A stretch of DNA of 48,206 nt from Octopus bimaculoides (lineage: Eukaryota): contig NC_069002.1 of NCBI RefSeq assembly GCF_001194135.2, positions 18,334,606-18,382,811 on the forward strand, written 5' to 3'. Position numbers and translations under genes: made by a program. The notes beneath the pieces are model-generated. The model did not search any database. It had not been told where the DNA came from and was given only the letters and a program-made list of their open reading frames with translations. This document shows, piece by piece, positions 35,850 through 48,206 of this stretch (within the stretch, counting starts at the first letter, position 1; the number at the start of each line of letters is the position of its first letter).

Positions 35850-36720
35850 CGGAAAACACCGCTTCCGTCTTCAGCGGGAGAGTTTTACATTAGAGAATTT
35901 TACATTTGTAGTGTTGACAGGATAGAGTTTGAAGATACGCTGTATGCCTTCAACATTCATTGGTCATCAAGCCGATCATTAAGCCTGCGACCAAAAAAAA
36001 AAAAAAAAAGAGATTTTCAGAAGTATGGTTAGAGCTCGCCAAAGCCAACTCAGATGTGCTCCAGTGGCTAATCTAAATTGTATTGAAACACAACGAAATC
36101 CCAACGGCAATGAATTCGCTGAAGATGAGGTTCAGTGTGAGGATTAATTCCACCAAATGGCATATACTTAAGAAGGGCATTATGAGAGGGTGTACGGCTT
36201 CTTTGGTTCTGATCGTGCCTCGCAGGAATCTACTGCTATAGGTGGGAGCAAAACAGTGTAGTTAGCCAGAAACTGATGACTATGCAAGGTATTCAGTCTA
36301 GATAATGTTCTGGGATGCTATGGCAGTTATAACAGCATTAGTCCAAAGAATGCTTCGGTATATAAAGCTCGATAGGTTAAAAATGATTAAGCCACATTTC
36401 ACGAATGGAACTCAACGAAATCTCGGAGCCTGAGAATTTTGAAAGGAATATCTTTAGCATTCAGGTAGCTGAAATTCTATATAATTCAGGAGAAATTAAT
36501 CCACTGCATTGGGAAGACTTATAACAGCATCCTCTATGACAAAGGCAACATGAAAGACACTACAACCTTTACACAACGGATCCCGAGCAGGTGATAATTA
36601 TCAACTACTCAGAAAGTTTGAGGTGTGGTTCTTCTGGTACTGCACTCTACGGAAACTGTACTGGTTATCTTTCGAAAGTTAGGAATAAGGTGTAAAGAAT
36701 GAGTGGAGTAGAGAACGAGT
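35850..36720 (+). mobile_element. Highly degenerate RT of an RLE-type LINE (Hero-like)
   Basis: CLQHSLVI..II..A.K, VWLELAKA, KMRFSV, STKWHILKKGIMRGCTAS, TKSRSLRILKG, IGKTYN and GTALYG correspond to recalled Hero RT motifs (GCLEH, VWLDLANAYGS, GI..GCT.S, KSRSL.I.KG, LGK.Y). Confidence 0.65.
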
Positions 36721-36859
36721 GGAAGGGAATAATATCTGTATCAGATCACGATGAAAATGATAAGGGACAGGATAAATAAAAGTGAAATTGAAGGAAAGTT
36801 ACCATAAATGCAGTAGCCACAAAGGACATTCACGCGCGCGCACACATACACACACACAT

Positions 36860-36909
<50 letters not shown>

Positions 36910-39236
36910 NNNNNNNNNNNNNNNNNNNNNNNNNNNNNNNNNNNNNNNNNNNNNNNNNNNNNNNNNNNNNNNNNNNNNNNNNNNNNNNNNNNNNNNNNNN
37001 NNNNNNNNNNNNNNNNNNNNNNNNNNNNNNNNNNNNNNNNNNNNNNNNNNNNNNNNNNNNNNNNNNNNNNNNNNNNNNNNNNNNNNNNNNNNNNNNNNNN
37101 NNNNNNNNNNNNNNNNNNNNNNNNNNNNNNNNNNNNNNNNNNNNNNNNNNNNNNNNNNNNNNNNNNNNNNNNNNNNNNNNNNNNNNNNNNNNNNNNNNNN
37201 NNNNNNNNNNNNNNNNNNNNNNNNNNNNNNNNNNNNNNNNNNNNNNNNNNNNNNNNNNNNNNNNNNNNNNNNNNNNNNNNNNNNNNNNNNNNNNNNNNNN
37301 NNNNNNNNNNNNNNNNNNNNNNNNNNNNNNNNNNNNNNNNNNNNNNNNNNNNNNNNNNNNNNNNNNNNNNNNNNNNNNNNNNNNNNNNNNNNNNNNNNNN
37401 NNNNNNATGTATGTATATGTATACGTATACGTATACAGATACAAACTCATTTGCATATATGGGCGCAATTCCTATTGTGCGTATGCGCACATTACCAGGC
37501 TCCAGATTTAATTGAGGATTTTCTATTGGCTGCAGACAAAAACCTAAAAAAGAGAGAAATATATTGTAATAGAAACAATGTGTATGAATCAAGATTTGCT
37601 GTGTCCTAAGACATATTTGTTTAAGTGTGTTGCGTAGGAACTGAAGCAAACTGGCTTGAGAAAAGAATAAATAACTATAGACCAATGTATCATACATAAG
37701 AAAACGTAATTAAAAATTGATAAGCACTCCGGATATTTTAAAGAAATAGAAGCAGTGTGCAAAGATTGTTGTATATCCCTTCCTCAGCAGGATGTTTGCT
37801 AAAAGTAATCACCTTAGAGCAATAACAGGTAAAGGTGTACATGGAGTGAAACTAAGCCTCCTCTTCTCTGACGTCACTGGATATATTGTACTGAGCTAGA
37901 GACAAGAGACAGTGAGGGAGTGGCTGAGAGAGAGATAGAGATTGATAGATAAATGATAGAAAGAGAGAGAGGGGGAAGGGAAAGAGAAAGCGTGTGTTTG
38001 TGTGTGTGTGTGTGTATGCGTGCTTGTGTGTTTGTGTGTGTCTCGGTGGTCACTCAACTAAGTACAACTAACAATAGAAAATATCCTTAAATCAAAGGTT
38101 ACTGTTTAAAAGAAGATATCAAAGGTGTAAACAAATAATGCAGTCCTAAATATAAACTAAATTCGCTTCTCGGATGTGAACATGTACCGCTATCTTGTAA
38201 ATTGCTTTAAAGTACCCGTACAATCGCGATCAAACATAAATACCCTTTTTGCCCTCCCAAACTGGACTCAGTAGAACCGTGTAGGCTGTGACAGAAAAAA
38301 GGAGACTTCAGTAACACTCAGGTGAGACTTTAAGTGCCCTGACAGGATGGAAGGTAAGTTGACTACTGTGGATTTGAACTCAGAGAGTCGGAACAAAAGT
38401 TAAGCAGCTGATGCAATTAGAACTCTGTTAATCGACTGCCTACATCTACTACGTGTAAAACAATAATCTTGACATGGCCGTCACCGAAACTCCTTTGCTG
38501 TTCGATACTTGTTCGATCATGTTTTACGACGGGCTAAATATCAAACAACAAGAATAATACCAATACTAGAGCCAACTGAGTATAAAGGACTCTATGTCGA
38601 TAAACGGCGTCAGCAATGCCTCATACCCACTTTGTGTACGGTTTAGTTTGCTTTGTGTTTATCTTTTTGTTGTTATTCTGGAGATGGTAAATAGCAGGGT
38701 AGATAAAGTAATTGCTTAGATATTTCTGAGTTAAAATCTGCCGCAGGACTAATATTTATTTTGCGTTGCCTGAGCCCACCCAACTGTTGCGTCGAAAATA
38801 TGCATTATATGCTAAAGTTGAATTTGTTTGCCATTTTCTAATCACTTCAATCATTTTAGCTGTGGAGTTTATGGATTATTTATGAAGAACCATAGGGATG
38901 GTTAGGGATTGACTGATAAACTCTACTTATGAAGCTCTGACTTAACACGCAGTTATTCTGAGCGTCAAATAAAGACAATAAACGCACGATAACTCATGAG
39001 ACACAAAACACTTTTATAAAGGAAATCCTTGTGGGGTTCTAGGAAGAAAGGTATTTAAGGGAGAATAATCATCAATGTAAACAACAATTCATACCCGATC
39101 CCCTCCTTTCTCTATGTATTGGCATAACTCATATTGCATTTAATCAACGTTAATCCTTGAAAATACGCCCTTTATTTAGCACACAGGTGTTGCTGAGCAA
39201 CTGATATATAAATGTGTGAACAATACGGGAATATAA

Positions 39237-39274
<38 letters not shown>

Positions 39275-40365
39275 CTCTTCCCCCACTGCTTTCCAGTACA
39301 TGGTTATATAGTTAAGAATTTCGCACTACCATCATGAGGTCCTGCGTTCGATCCTACTGCATGTCGTGTTAAGCTTTGTTGTCATACCCTGGGTTGTGAG
39401 TGAAACTGTTACTTGGAATTAACTTGTATTATATTTGTTGTTACTATCTTTCAACCCCAGGTCAGGACTGACTGAATGCATCTATGATCAATGCTATTCC
39501 AATAAGATCATCCCGTATTTTTGGAGATGACGAATAATATTGTCCAACCCGTACTTCTTTTTAAGACAATGGTGCGATTTGAGGAAAATTAGAATCCTTA
39601 TTTCTAGTATCTCGAGCATTCGCATAGAACAGAGGTTCTTGTAGCGTTTTTTTTATGAATGAACCTTGCCACGCACTCCAGGTTTTTGAAATGACTGGCA
39701 GCTCACCAAACTAATTCTATTAAATAAGACCATGCTCGTTTTGCCGGATTTAATTGTAACAACAAAATCATACATTTTACACTACAACTTTTAAATTTGT
39801 GGGTACAGTTTGCGGACCTCCAGTAAAAATATTTTGTGGATTCTTAGTGAAACTCGAACCTAGATAGGAAAAAACTTTGCTAGAGAACGCACAAAATATA
39901 TTCATTTTCCTATCACAGAATTCTAAGAAACTGGAGCTAGGTATCGAACCATGTGAAACATACATTTGCAGTATCTATACCTTCATGTGTATCGTAGAAC
40001 TCTTTATCAATTGTTCCATAGCCTGAAAATCCCACATAGAAAAGAACCTTGTTAGTCCCAGAAGAATTTAAAGACTGCTTCCAGAGATCTGGAGAAAATA
40101 TCGCAACGCATTTTATCTAACATTCTGATGACTCTGGCAATCAATTATCTTCAACAGAAACTAATATAAATTAAAATACTACTCTAGTTACTCCCTTGGA
40201 TATTCTTCAAAGATTGGATGGTCACGCATGGAATGGTATTGATCATAGATCAGCATAATCGGGACTAAACAACAATAGTAGCTACAAACTATAACCACTT
40301 TGAGCCGAATCCTGAATTCCTAACAGGATCTGAATGCTTTGCAATCAACGAACGCGGATGGGATG

Positions 40366-40513
40366 CCCTACATCATTTGTTTCGGTTCCCTGCTCCCTAA
40401 GTTCAAATATCATCAAGGCCATCTTTGAATTCCATCCTTTTAGCGTTCAGTAAAATAAGATTTCATTCAAAGCTAGAATTGTTGAAGCGTCAAATGAGAC
40501 AGTTCGTGTTATT
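40366..40513 (+). repeat. 148-bp direct repeat, copy 1 (derived from an old SINE)
   Basis: 147/148 identical to 42252-42399. Confidence 0.95.
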
Positions 40514-40793
40514 TATCCCAGTTCTTTGCTTTCATAGTTATACTTCAGACTTAATATATTGCCCAGTTTAATACTCGTCCTTCGTTGCCTTTGGAAGTGT
40601 CCATTCAGTTACAAGCATTCGGTTAACGTCTCTGGTTTGAGGATACGGCTCTTTCTTGGTCATACTAGTCTTGAACGTCACAACTCGTCTGAGCAGTAAC
40701 AAAATACAACTCTATTTCTAAACAAAATGATTTTAAAATCGTTACCTGTACTGAAAAGAGCAGGATCTGAAACGATGACTTGCATATTTATTC

Positions 40794-40844
40794 GTATTTA
40801 GGTTCTGTAGATTCGATGCGTTCGAATCTACTGAACCTAAATAC
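40794..40844. other. Inverted repeat/hairpin (23-bp stem, 1 mismatch, 5-nt loop)
   Basis: GTATTTAGGTTCTGTAGATTCGA-TGCGT-TCGAATCTACTGAACCTAAATAC. Confidence 0.92.
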
Positions 40845-41111
40845 CTAAAACCTATGCTAATCTCTGTTTTGCATGTCACAGAAGCAACTTTTTATGGAAA
40901 CAATGTGTCGGCTCTTGTTTAGACTCAATGGTCCGGGAGTGCTTCTAGCTGACGGGACACGACATGATAAAACATCCCAGTGTCTCAGAATACGATTAGC
41001 ATTTGTTGTGTTCAAAGCTACTGGGATATATTATCAATAAATTTCATCGTGTCAGTAATTATTTAACAGTTTATTATTACTTATTTGCTTTTACCTTATC
41101 CTCGGAACCTA

Positions 41112-41237
41112 CCTCTCTATCTATTACAACTTACTTTATCCATTACAACTAACTCTATCCATTACAACTTAATCTATCCATTACAACTTACTCTATCCAT
41201 TACAACTTACTCTATCCATTACAACTTACTCTATCCA
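41112..41237. repeat. 19-bp minisatellite TTACTCTATCCATTACAAC, ~6.6 copies
   Basis: Direct reading; left units are more diverged than right units. Confidence 0.95.
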
Positions 41238-41769
41238 AAAAAGCTGGCAGTACCACTCTTGGGTGACATCATGGCGTGCGAAAGGTGGATGGGTACTGAC
41301 AGGACACGATTTAGCCCAGAATTCACTATCCAATATATCTTCTTTTTTTTTTTAATGGCATTTAAGGATAGTTTAGAGAGAAATGAAGACGTCAGGATGA
41401 TATTGATGACATGCTAGGAGAATCTCAGGAACACATCTTATTCCCCTCTTGCCTAATCTATATTATACACTGGTGTATATTCAAATTGCAACCCTCACGT
41501 TAACTGTTATATGCACATTACTTCAGTTTTTGTATCCTCTGGCAATCTTCGGTGATGTTTTTCGAATTTGAAACCGAAACATTTATTCAAGTCCACGAGG
41601 AAGATCTTTCTGATTCCGTTTTCTAGAAATATTTCTGTATTAGTTATTCCTCTTCTTAGGAGGGTACCACTAGTTTTTGAAGGTTCAGTTTGTGCATGTG
41701 TGTGTGTGTGGGAGTTTGTGCGTGCGTGTGTGTGTGTGTGCGTGCGTATAAATATAAGTGATTCCAGCA

Positions 41770-42760
41770 TAAATATTCTTAATTAAAGGCTTCCATATTC
41801 TGTTCGTCTTTATGTTCGGCTTGGTAAGGAAGTTTGAAAACCTAATATACAAGCTGATTCTTTCAACAGTTTTCCAGTGGTGTTTCCTTTTGCTGCACAA
41901 AGGATGACAACATTCATTTGTCTCCAAAATAACCAGTAATGCCTTATTTCACTGCTTTCCCATAGACTGCTCCAGCTAAATGGAATACACAGAGCTGTTG
42001 GCTGTGATCTCTTTTGATGATGTATGACCCTCTTGTATATGATCCTAAATTCATATGAACAAAATATCGGAACTTTTTCCGACAAAACAGATCGTGGGAA
42101 ATTTTTTTAACTAACATTACTTCAAATTCGATGCTATACGGGCAGAGTAGCTCTTACCATGAAGAGTCTTTCTAATCCTGAACATCTCTGTTTGGTTTCA
42201 GTTTGATTCATCATTTAGGAGTTTTGTTCAATGCTGGATTCCGCGGCTCATCCCTACATCATTTGTTTCGGTTCCCTGCTCCCTAAGTTCAAATATCATC
42301 AAGGCCATCTTTGAATTCCATCCTTTTAGCGTTCAGTAAAATAAGACTTCATTCAAAGCTAGAATTGTTGAAGCGTCAAATGAGACAGTTCGTGTTATTC
42401 ACTCTATGTATATTGAGAACCAAAGCTAAACTTCTGTCCTTGAATGTCAGTTTGAGATATACACAAGTCCCAAATTGATACTACATATGTCATAAATACT
42501 TCTTGGAATGCCAGTTTCTTATTCTTTTCATTTTCTGTTGTGAATTCATTGAAGGTTATGCTGACATCACATGGCACAGCTTCTGTTTCATCCTGCTGAT
42601 GCCAGATTGCACAAGTGCCATCCACATATTCCAGTCATGTTTGGTTGGCTTCAGTGTTGTTTCTAAACCAAAGTCTTCAAAGTGCTCCTTGCATATATTT
42701 GTTATTACTGGGGAGAAGGGGCGACCCTATAGCCAAACCTCTCTCAATACAGTTCAGTTA
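41770..42760 (-). mobile_element. Degenerate Penelope/Poseidon-type PLE (RT core, then GIY-YIG remnant), interrupted by the 148-bp copy
   Basis: GLAIGSP.SPVITNICKEHFE, YVDGTCAIW, FTTENEKNKKLAFQEV and FGTCVYLK.T.KDR correspond to GLAMGSPLSP..ANI.MEHFE, RYVDDTF.IW, FT.E.E....LPFLDV and GTSVYRKPTHTDRY. Weaker endonuclease-like text (LLKESACI, IWKPLI) lies at 42100-41770. Confidence 0.72.
42252..42399 (+). repeat. 148-bp direct repeat, copy 2
   Basis: 147/148 identical to 40366-40513 (aagatttc vs aagacttc). Confidence 0.95.
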
Positions 42761-43249
42761 AAATAAGCGAGAATTAAAGCACCCAGTTGTGCTATAGAAC
42801 AATGAAATAGTAAGATTGCTCGTTAAAATGTTAAGAGCAGTCCATTAATTCAATCTCTGGATCAGTCTAGTTATTGGTATTACAGATAGAATGACTAACA
42901 AGGAGGATGTCTCTGTTTAAAAAACGGAATGAGATCAACCTATCACCGTGGATTTAACATACGGTGCAGTTCCAAAATTATTACCGAACATGACAGGTAG
43001 CTAGCAAAAGGCCCGATGGGAACATTAGTCAGAATATATCTGCAAAACAATGAGAATTCTTCATCTTGGAAATTGAGACAAAATCTGTTTAGAACAGCGT
43101 CTGTGTACCGTTCTTCCTTCAATCTGTCTCGCTCGCTTGGTAACTCGGTTATACAGGGCATCTCCCCACACACGCGCGCACACACACACACATCCATACA
43201 CACACGTGCACGCACACACATATACATACGTACATATCCCGTAACCTAG

Positions 43250-43957
43250 AGAGCAACGTTAGCGTTGACAAGAAGCGTAGCCTCTCCTGGACCTGCGATA
43301 GGTACATTACATACCACCTAGAAAGACATGTTTTCGTTATCCAGGAACAGGAGCAACAAAATACTTGATGAACAAGAAGGACAAAGATACTACCAAACCA
43401 CCACGTTATGATAAAAAATGTCGAGTCTGCTATACTAGTGTGGAAGATATCACCCCTGTCATCAACAGCTACCTCAAAATGTCTACGAGATACTATCTGC
43501 CACCAAGGGATGATATAGCTGCAAAGACTATTTACAATGCTATCCGCATTGATGTATACATCAAAGACATGTCCGAACCAGCATATAGTCATACCATTCA
43601 AAATAAGGAATACCGGTGGAACATCCCGATAAACACAGCAATCTGGTGACAACATAACAGGCCTGATATCTTTCTGTGGAACCAGGAACAAAAATCATAC
43701 ACTGTTTTGGAGAGGTCAAATTGCCAAGCAGGTGTAAATTACAATCAAAAGTCCAGGAAAAGAGAATATATATGGCGAATTAATGCGGACGTTAGAACTC
43801 TTGAACTCTGACTATGAATTCTCATTAGTTCCTATTATCATAGGTGCATTAGGTTATGTACGAGCAAAAGTAACCGAGGCTGATTCTCCAAATTTAATCT
43901 GTTAGTGGCACAGTGAAGATTTGTAAGATATTCCAAAACTTCTCCATCTGGGAATAG
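43250..43957 (+). mobile_element. Second R4/Dong-clade LINE 3' fragment (different subfamily)
   Basis: LSW...YHLERHVFVIQEQE, KCRVC..EDIT.VIN, HNRPDIFLWN (RPD 43659-67), KVQEKENIYGELMR, VPIIIGALGYV and GTVKICKIF. Confidence 0.8.
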
Positions 43958-45517
43958 ATGCACACACTTGAGCTTATGCATCGATAATTCAACCAACACA
44001 CAAACTCAACGACATATTTAAAAACACCGGGAACTCTTTTAACTCAAAGAGTCTTGTTGTTTTGTTCGCAGCTGGATTGAACTCTTTCACCAACTTAAAT
44101 GAAACTCAAAGAAAAATCATACATACATATCATATATATGTATAAAGCTTCTTATAACTATCTCGCTAGCGAGCCTTGTAATATATATTTTTTATTTACG
44201 TATATCACTATCTCTAACGAGATAGCTAGGTTATACATTAAACATATATCTGTCATTCTTTTTATATATCGATCCAACAAGCTACCTAGTCAGACCGTTA
44301 AAAAGCTATACAATCAGCCATGTGTTGAACGATTAATCGCGTTTCCCTTTTTTATACACCATTCTTTCCTTTCATTATTCTATATTTTTTCACTAGTTGC
44401 TATAGTTACATTTTTCCAGCTACATTGTTTGCTTCAGACGTTATGTATAAAAGTACAAACTTATGAGTGAAGTGACCTATAAGCCAGACACATATTTTTT
44501 AAATACCACCAGTTCTTAAGCCAGTTAATCTAGATCACTTTCGTATGATATACCCATTATTGAAAACATCTGATGTTCTTAACATCCAATATTTTACACA
44601 TTAAATATGCGATCCACGTTGAACGGCAAAGTTAACTCCCTTTGAACTGGAAATGTAATACTGTTTCAGTCTTTGCTCGTATCCAATTCACTTACAGTAA
44701 ATGGATCTCTAAAAACTTTCATAAGTAGTCAGTTGACTGAGTATTCCAGAGTCATATGTACCTTTGATGTAATTCAGAAGTAGTGGAACAGTCTGTAGCA
44801 AGACCTTGAAATTACAGCAACAGTCCCTCAGACGGGTTTTATATAATTTCTGTCTATCCACTTTTGACTCTCAAAGTTTACTTCATCTTGAGGTGATAGT
44901 AAAACACTTGCCTAAGATATCACGGAGTGGAATCGAATTCGAAACCATCTTGACCGTTTAGTCAAATTGAAAGCGATTCTTGTACAAAGGTATAAACATC
45001 ACGCATTCCATTTCCTTCTCCAACCTAAAGCATAGAATCATTTTAGCTAGCCCTAGAAGAATTACGTTGATTTAATTAATTGACGTTAGTGAAGAACAGC
45101 TAAGCTTGGACCAAATCTTTGAATATGGTATTGCCAGGCAGGACATGATATACACCAAGTAAAATATGGCCGAGCTGTTCCTGTGATCGAAATCATTCAA
45201 GATTGATATTTTCATCGACATTTTGGGTTACATTATCCACTGTTGTTGTTGCTGTTGTTGTTGATGACGATAGGGGTGGTGGAGCTGGTGGTGATGAGGA
45301 CAACTTTCATGATGATAGGATGAGAAAAATGATGTTGATGTTTATTATGCTTAGTGGCATTTCTTCCGGCTCTTTACGTTCTGAGGACAAACATTGCAGA
45401 GGTCAACTTTTTCATCCTTTCGAGGTCGATAAAATTCAGCACCAGACAAGTACTGAGGTCGATATCATCGACTAACAGTTTCCGCAAAATTTGATGGCCC
45501 TATATGTATGTATGTAT

Positions 45518-45555
<38 letters not shown>

Positions 45556-46525
45556 NNNNNNNNNNNNNNNNNNNNNNNNNNNNNNNNNNNNNNNNNNNNN
45601 NNNNNNNNNNNNNNNNNNNNNNNNNNNNNNNNNNNNNNNNNNNNNNNNNNNNNNNNNNNNNNNNNNNNNNNNNNNNNNNNNNNNNNNNNNNNNNNNNNNN
45701 NNNNNNNNNNNNNNNNNNNNNNNNNNNNNNNNNNNNNNNNNACAACAAAATTAGATACTAAATGCACAGCCAAACTATAAGCTGTCACAAGCTACTCGAC
45801 TACAATTGGATCAAACACCTTCTTTTTAACATCATACTGCAGTCTTGTAATGCTGAGGGAAAACTTAAAATGACTCATGTAATTCACAAATTTAATCGTA
45901 AAAGTGAAAGTTGCAAACCGCCGCTAAATACGCGGGATCAGTCATCTGTAACCGACTGTAAACTGGCCGTGGGGGGCGGGGAGGGGGTTCAGATACCGTT
46001 TATGAGTTTGCCTTTAATATGACCATATTTAATGTCATCTCCTGAACGGCGCGGTTGTGTGGAGCGTGTGTACGTACGTCTACATATGTGATCATGTTAA
46101 CACGTGTATATTTACTTTTCTTCATTTTATCATTTAATCCATATCTTTTGTCATTTTTTATTCTCTATCTTTTATTGCTTTAATCTATGTCATATATTCA
46201 CTGTGAACTATAGCTAGACCCATTTACCGGTTATAATCCGGAAATTGGATCCATATTCTATCAGTATAGCTAACAACCTACTGGCGACTACAACATACCA
46301 AGGGAAACCGAGTATATTTAACGAAGTACATTATTTAAAACGAGACACACGACGATATGTGTTCAACACAACTAGCCGTACAATATTCAAGGACAGATAA
46401 GGGACAGATGCAGGGACTCATAAGGGACATACGTAGGTGCAGAATGGGTCGAGACGATCGTTGTGTTGAATAAAGATTCTTGCAAACTCCTTTTCTGTTT
46501 CCCTCTTTCATTCTATTTATAAATA

Positions 46526-46954
46526 TACTCTTTACTCTTTACTCTTTACTCTTTACTCTTTTACTTGTTTCAGTCATATGACTGTGGCCATGCTGGAGCA
46601 CAGCCTTTAGTCGAGTAAATCAACCCCAGGACTTATTCTTTGGAAGCCTAGTACTTATTCTATCGGTCTCTTTTGCCGAACCGCTAAGTTATGGGGACGT
46701 AAACACACCAGCATTGGTTGTCAAGCAGTGTTTTGGGGGACAAACACAGACACACAAATATATACACACACACATACACACATATATACATATATACGAC
46801 GGGCTTCTTTCAGTTTCCGTCTACCAAATCCACTCACAAGGCTTTGGTCGGTCCGAGGCTATAGTAGAAGACACTTGCCCAAGGTGCCACGCAGTGGGAC
46901 TGAAGCCAGAACCATATGGTTTGTAAGCAAGCTACTTACCACAGAGCGACTCCT
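46526..46954 (-). mobile_element. Composite SINE, same family as 32645-33033
   Basis: (TACTCTT)n tail, shared body, internal CA/TA microsatellite and tRNA-like head. Confidence 0.9.
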
Positions 46955-47792
46955 ACGGCTAAATATATATACTTTATTATCAAAGCTGCAAGAACATCAC
47001 AAATACAAAAACAACAACAAAAAACTGCTACTCAGAGTTTCACGCTCCAGTTCATTGGACAGTTGTGATTCAGAATGGAACAGATACACATTTGAATTTC
47101 ATTGGTCGTTTCAACTAATGGCTTTTTAAAGAAGCGGTGAATATGAATAATAAAGATAAAAAATTAAAAAGCGTAAATATCATGTTGTATAAAATCGAAG
47201 AAAACCTTAAATCAAAAAGAATTCCTTAGTTTAAAAACATGCATAGCCAGAGTAAATTAATATATTGTAAATAAGTTTAGTTAATATAAATGTACGTCAG
47301 TGTTTAAAAAGATATTCATTTACAGAAATCTGTATACGTAGATGTATAGACACGCGTTATTCCCATACATACAAACGTATGCACGCATCATTATACTTGT
47401 ACACACTAAAAAGAAACATATATCCAACATATATATGCGAATACATGCAAAAGCATACGTACAAGCACGCACAGACAAACATATGCATATATATACTAAT
47501 GTATACATAGGTATCTACACACACATATATACACAATGCGTCTCAGTGCATATGTACTAAAGTCACAGTTTAAAACATAAACTCTTCTAATACACACAAC
47601 GTTTACTGTTACTAGTTAAAGAAAGAAGAAAAGAAGAAAGAAGAAAAGAACCAGATAAGTTGTGGTTGTGGTGGTGGTGAAGAAGAGAGAATAGAAAAAT
47701 GTTTTAATTTGGACAACAGTATCTTTTTAAAGCATATCAATTGGGGAAAGGGAGGGGAAGAAAAAAGAAAATGTGCCAGTATTCGCACACAT

Positions 47793-48178
47793 ATCGTGGC
47801 ACTCCGTCGGTTACGACGACAAGGGTTCCAGTTGATCTGATCAACGGAACAAACTGCTCGTGAAATTAACGCGTAAGTGGCTGAGCATTCCACAGACAGG
47901 TGTACCCTTAACGTAGTTCTCGGGGAGATTCAGCGTGACACAGAGTGTGACAAACCTGGCCCTTTGAAATACAGGTACAATTGAAACAGGAAGAAAGAGT
48001 GAGAGAAAGTTGTGGTGAAAGAGTACAGCCGGGTTCGCCACCACTCCCTGCCGGAGTCTCGTGGAGTCTTAGGTGTTTACGCTCAATAAACACTCACAAA
48101 GCCCGCTCTGGGAATCGAAACCGCGATCCTACGACCGCGCGTCCGTTGGCCTAACCACTGGGTCATTGCGCCTCCACA
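47793..48178 (-). mobile_element. tRNA-derived SINE sharing its central segment with 18551-18865 but with a different tail
   Basis: A/B-box head at ~48110-48178. The segment gagagaaagttgtgg.gaaagag...gggttcgcca...ctgccggag is shared with 18690-18770. Confidence 0.88.
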
Positions 48179-48206
48179 CACACACACATATAGATAGACG
48201 TGCATA

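Larger units (their letters stand above)
535..45741. other. Ten assembly gaps (535-712, 6122-6812, 11632-11808, 12902-13524, 25988-25997, 29553-29593, 30960-31599, 35025-35034, 36910-37406, 45556-45741)
   Basis: N runs, nearly all abutting microsatellites. Confidence 0.99.

Noticed and set aside
37869-37876. TGACGTCA CRE sites (also 25557-25564) and a GC box near 45975
   Set aside because: Isolated short motifs near chance frequency, with no linked transcription start evidence.
16443-41237. Short repeat arrays (18, 19 and 14 bp) as CRISPR
   Set aside because: Units are head-to-tail without unique spacers, the context is eukaryotic and there are no cas genes.
432-45788. Long ORFs containing X runs and poly-I/N/K/L/S/HT/CV/RE ORFs
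   Set aside because: Produced by N gaps and microsatellites; no coding evidence.
18790-48178. tRNA-like A/B-box sequences as tRNA genes
   Set aside because: No complete cloverleaf; each continues into a SINE body and tail.

Overview
Gappy (10 N-runs), AT-rich, microsatellite-saturated animal genomic DNA, intronic or intergenic. The SINE families and repeat load suggest an octopod cephalopod; this is an inference, not confirmed. No recognisable host gene, rRNA, true tRNA or CRISPR array is present, and nearly all ORF-track entries are microsatellite or N artefacts or TE debris. The window is a transposon graveyard: two R4/Dong-type LINE 3' ends, two RTE fragments, a Hero-like RT, three Naiad-like and one Penelope/Poseidon-like PLE fragments, a D,D34D mariner, a Gypsy remnant lacking RT/RNase H, a hAT fragment, a Helentron-type non-autonomous element, an ORF1-only CCHC-knuckle element and many tRNA-derived SINEs. 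The best signals not in the ORF track are a structurally complete type I hammerhead ribozyme (55-124, minus strand), an ORF1/gag-like frame broken only by two UAG codons and one C8 slip, a 147/148-identical non-tandem duplication inside a dead Penelope, three 20-23 bp foldback hairpins, and tandem duplications sitting on catalytic motifs. Nothing here demonstrates a new biological system; these are testable leads. All protein family calls come from manual translation and recalled motifs, not database searches.
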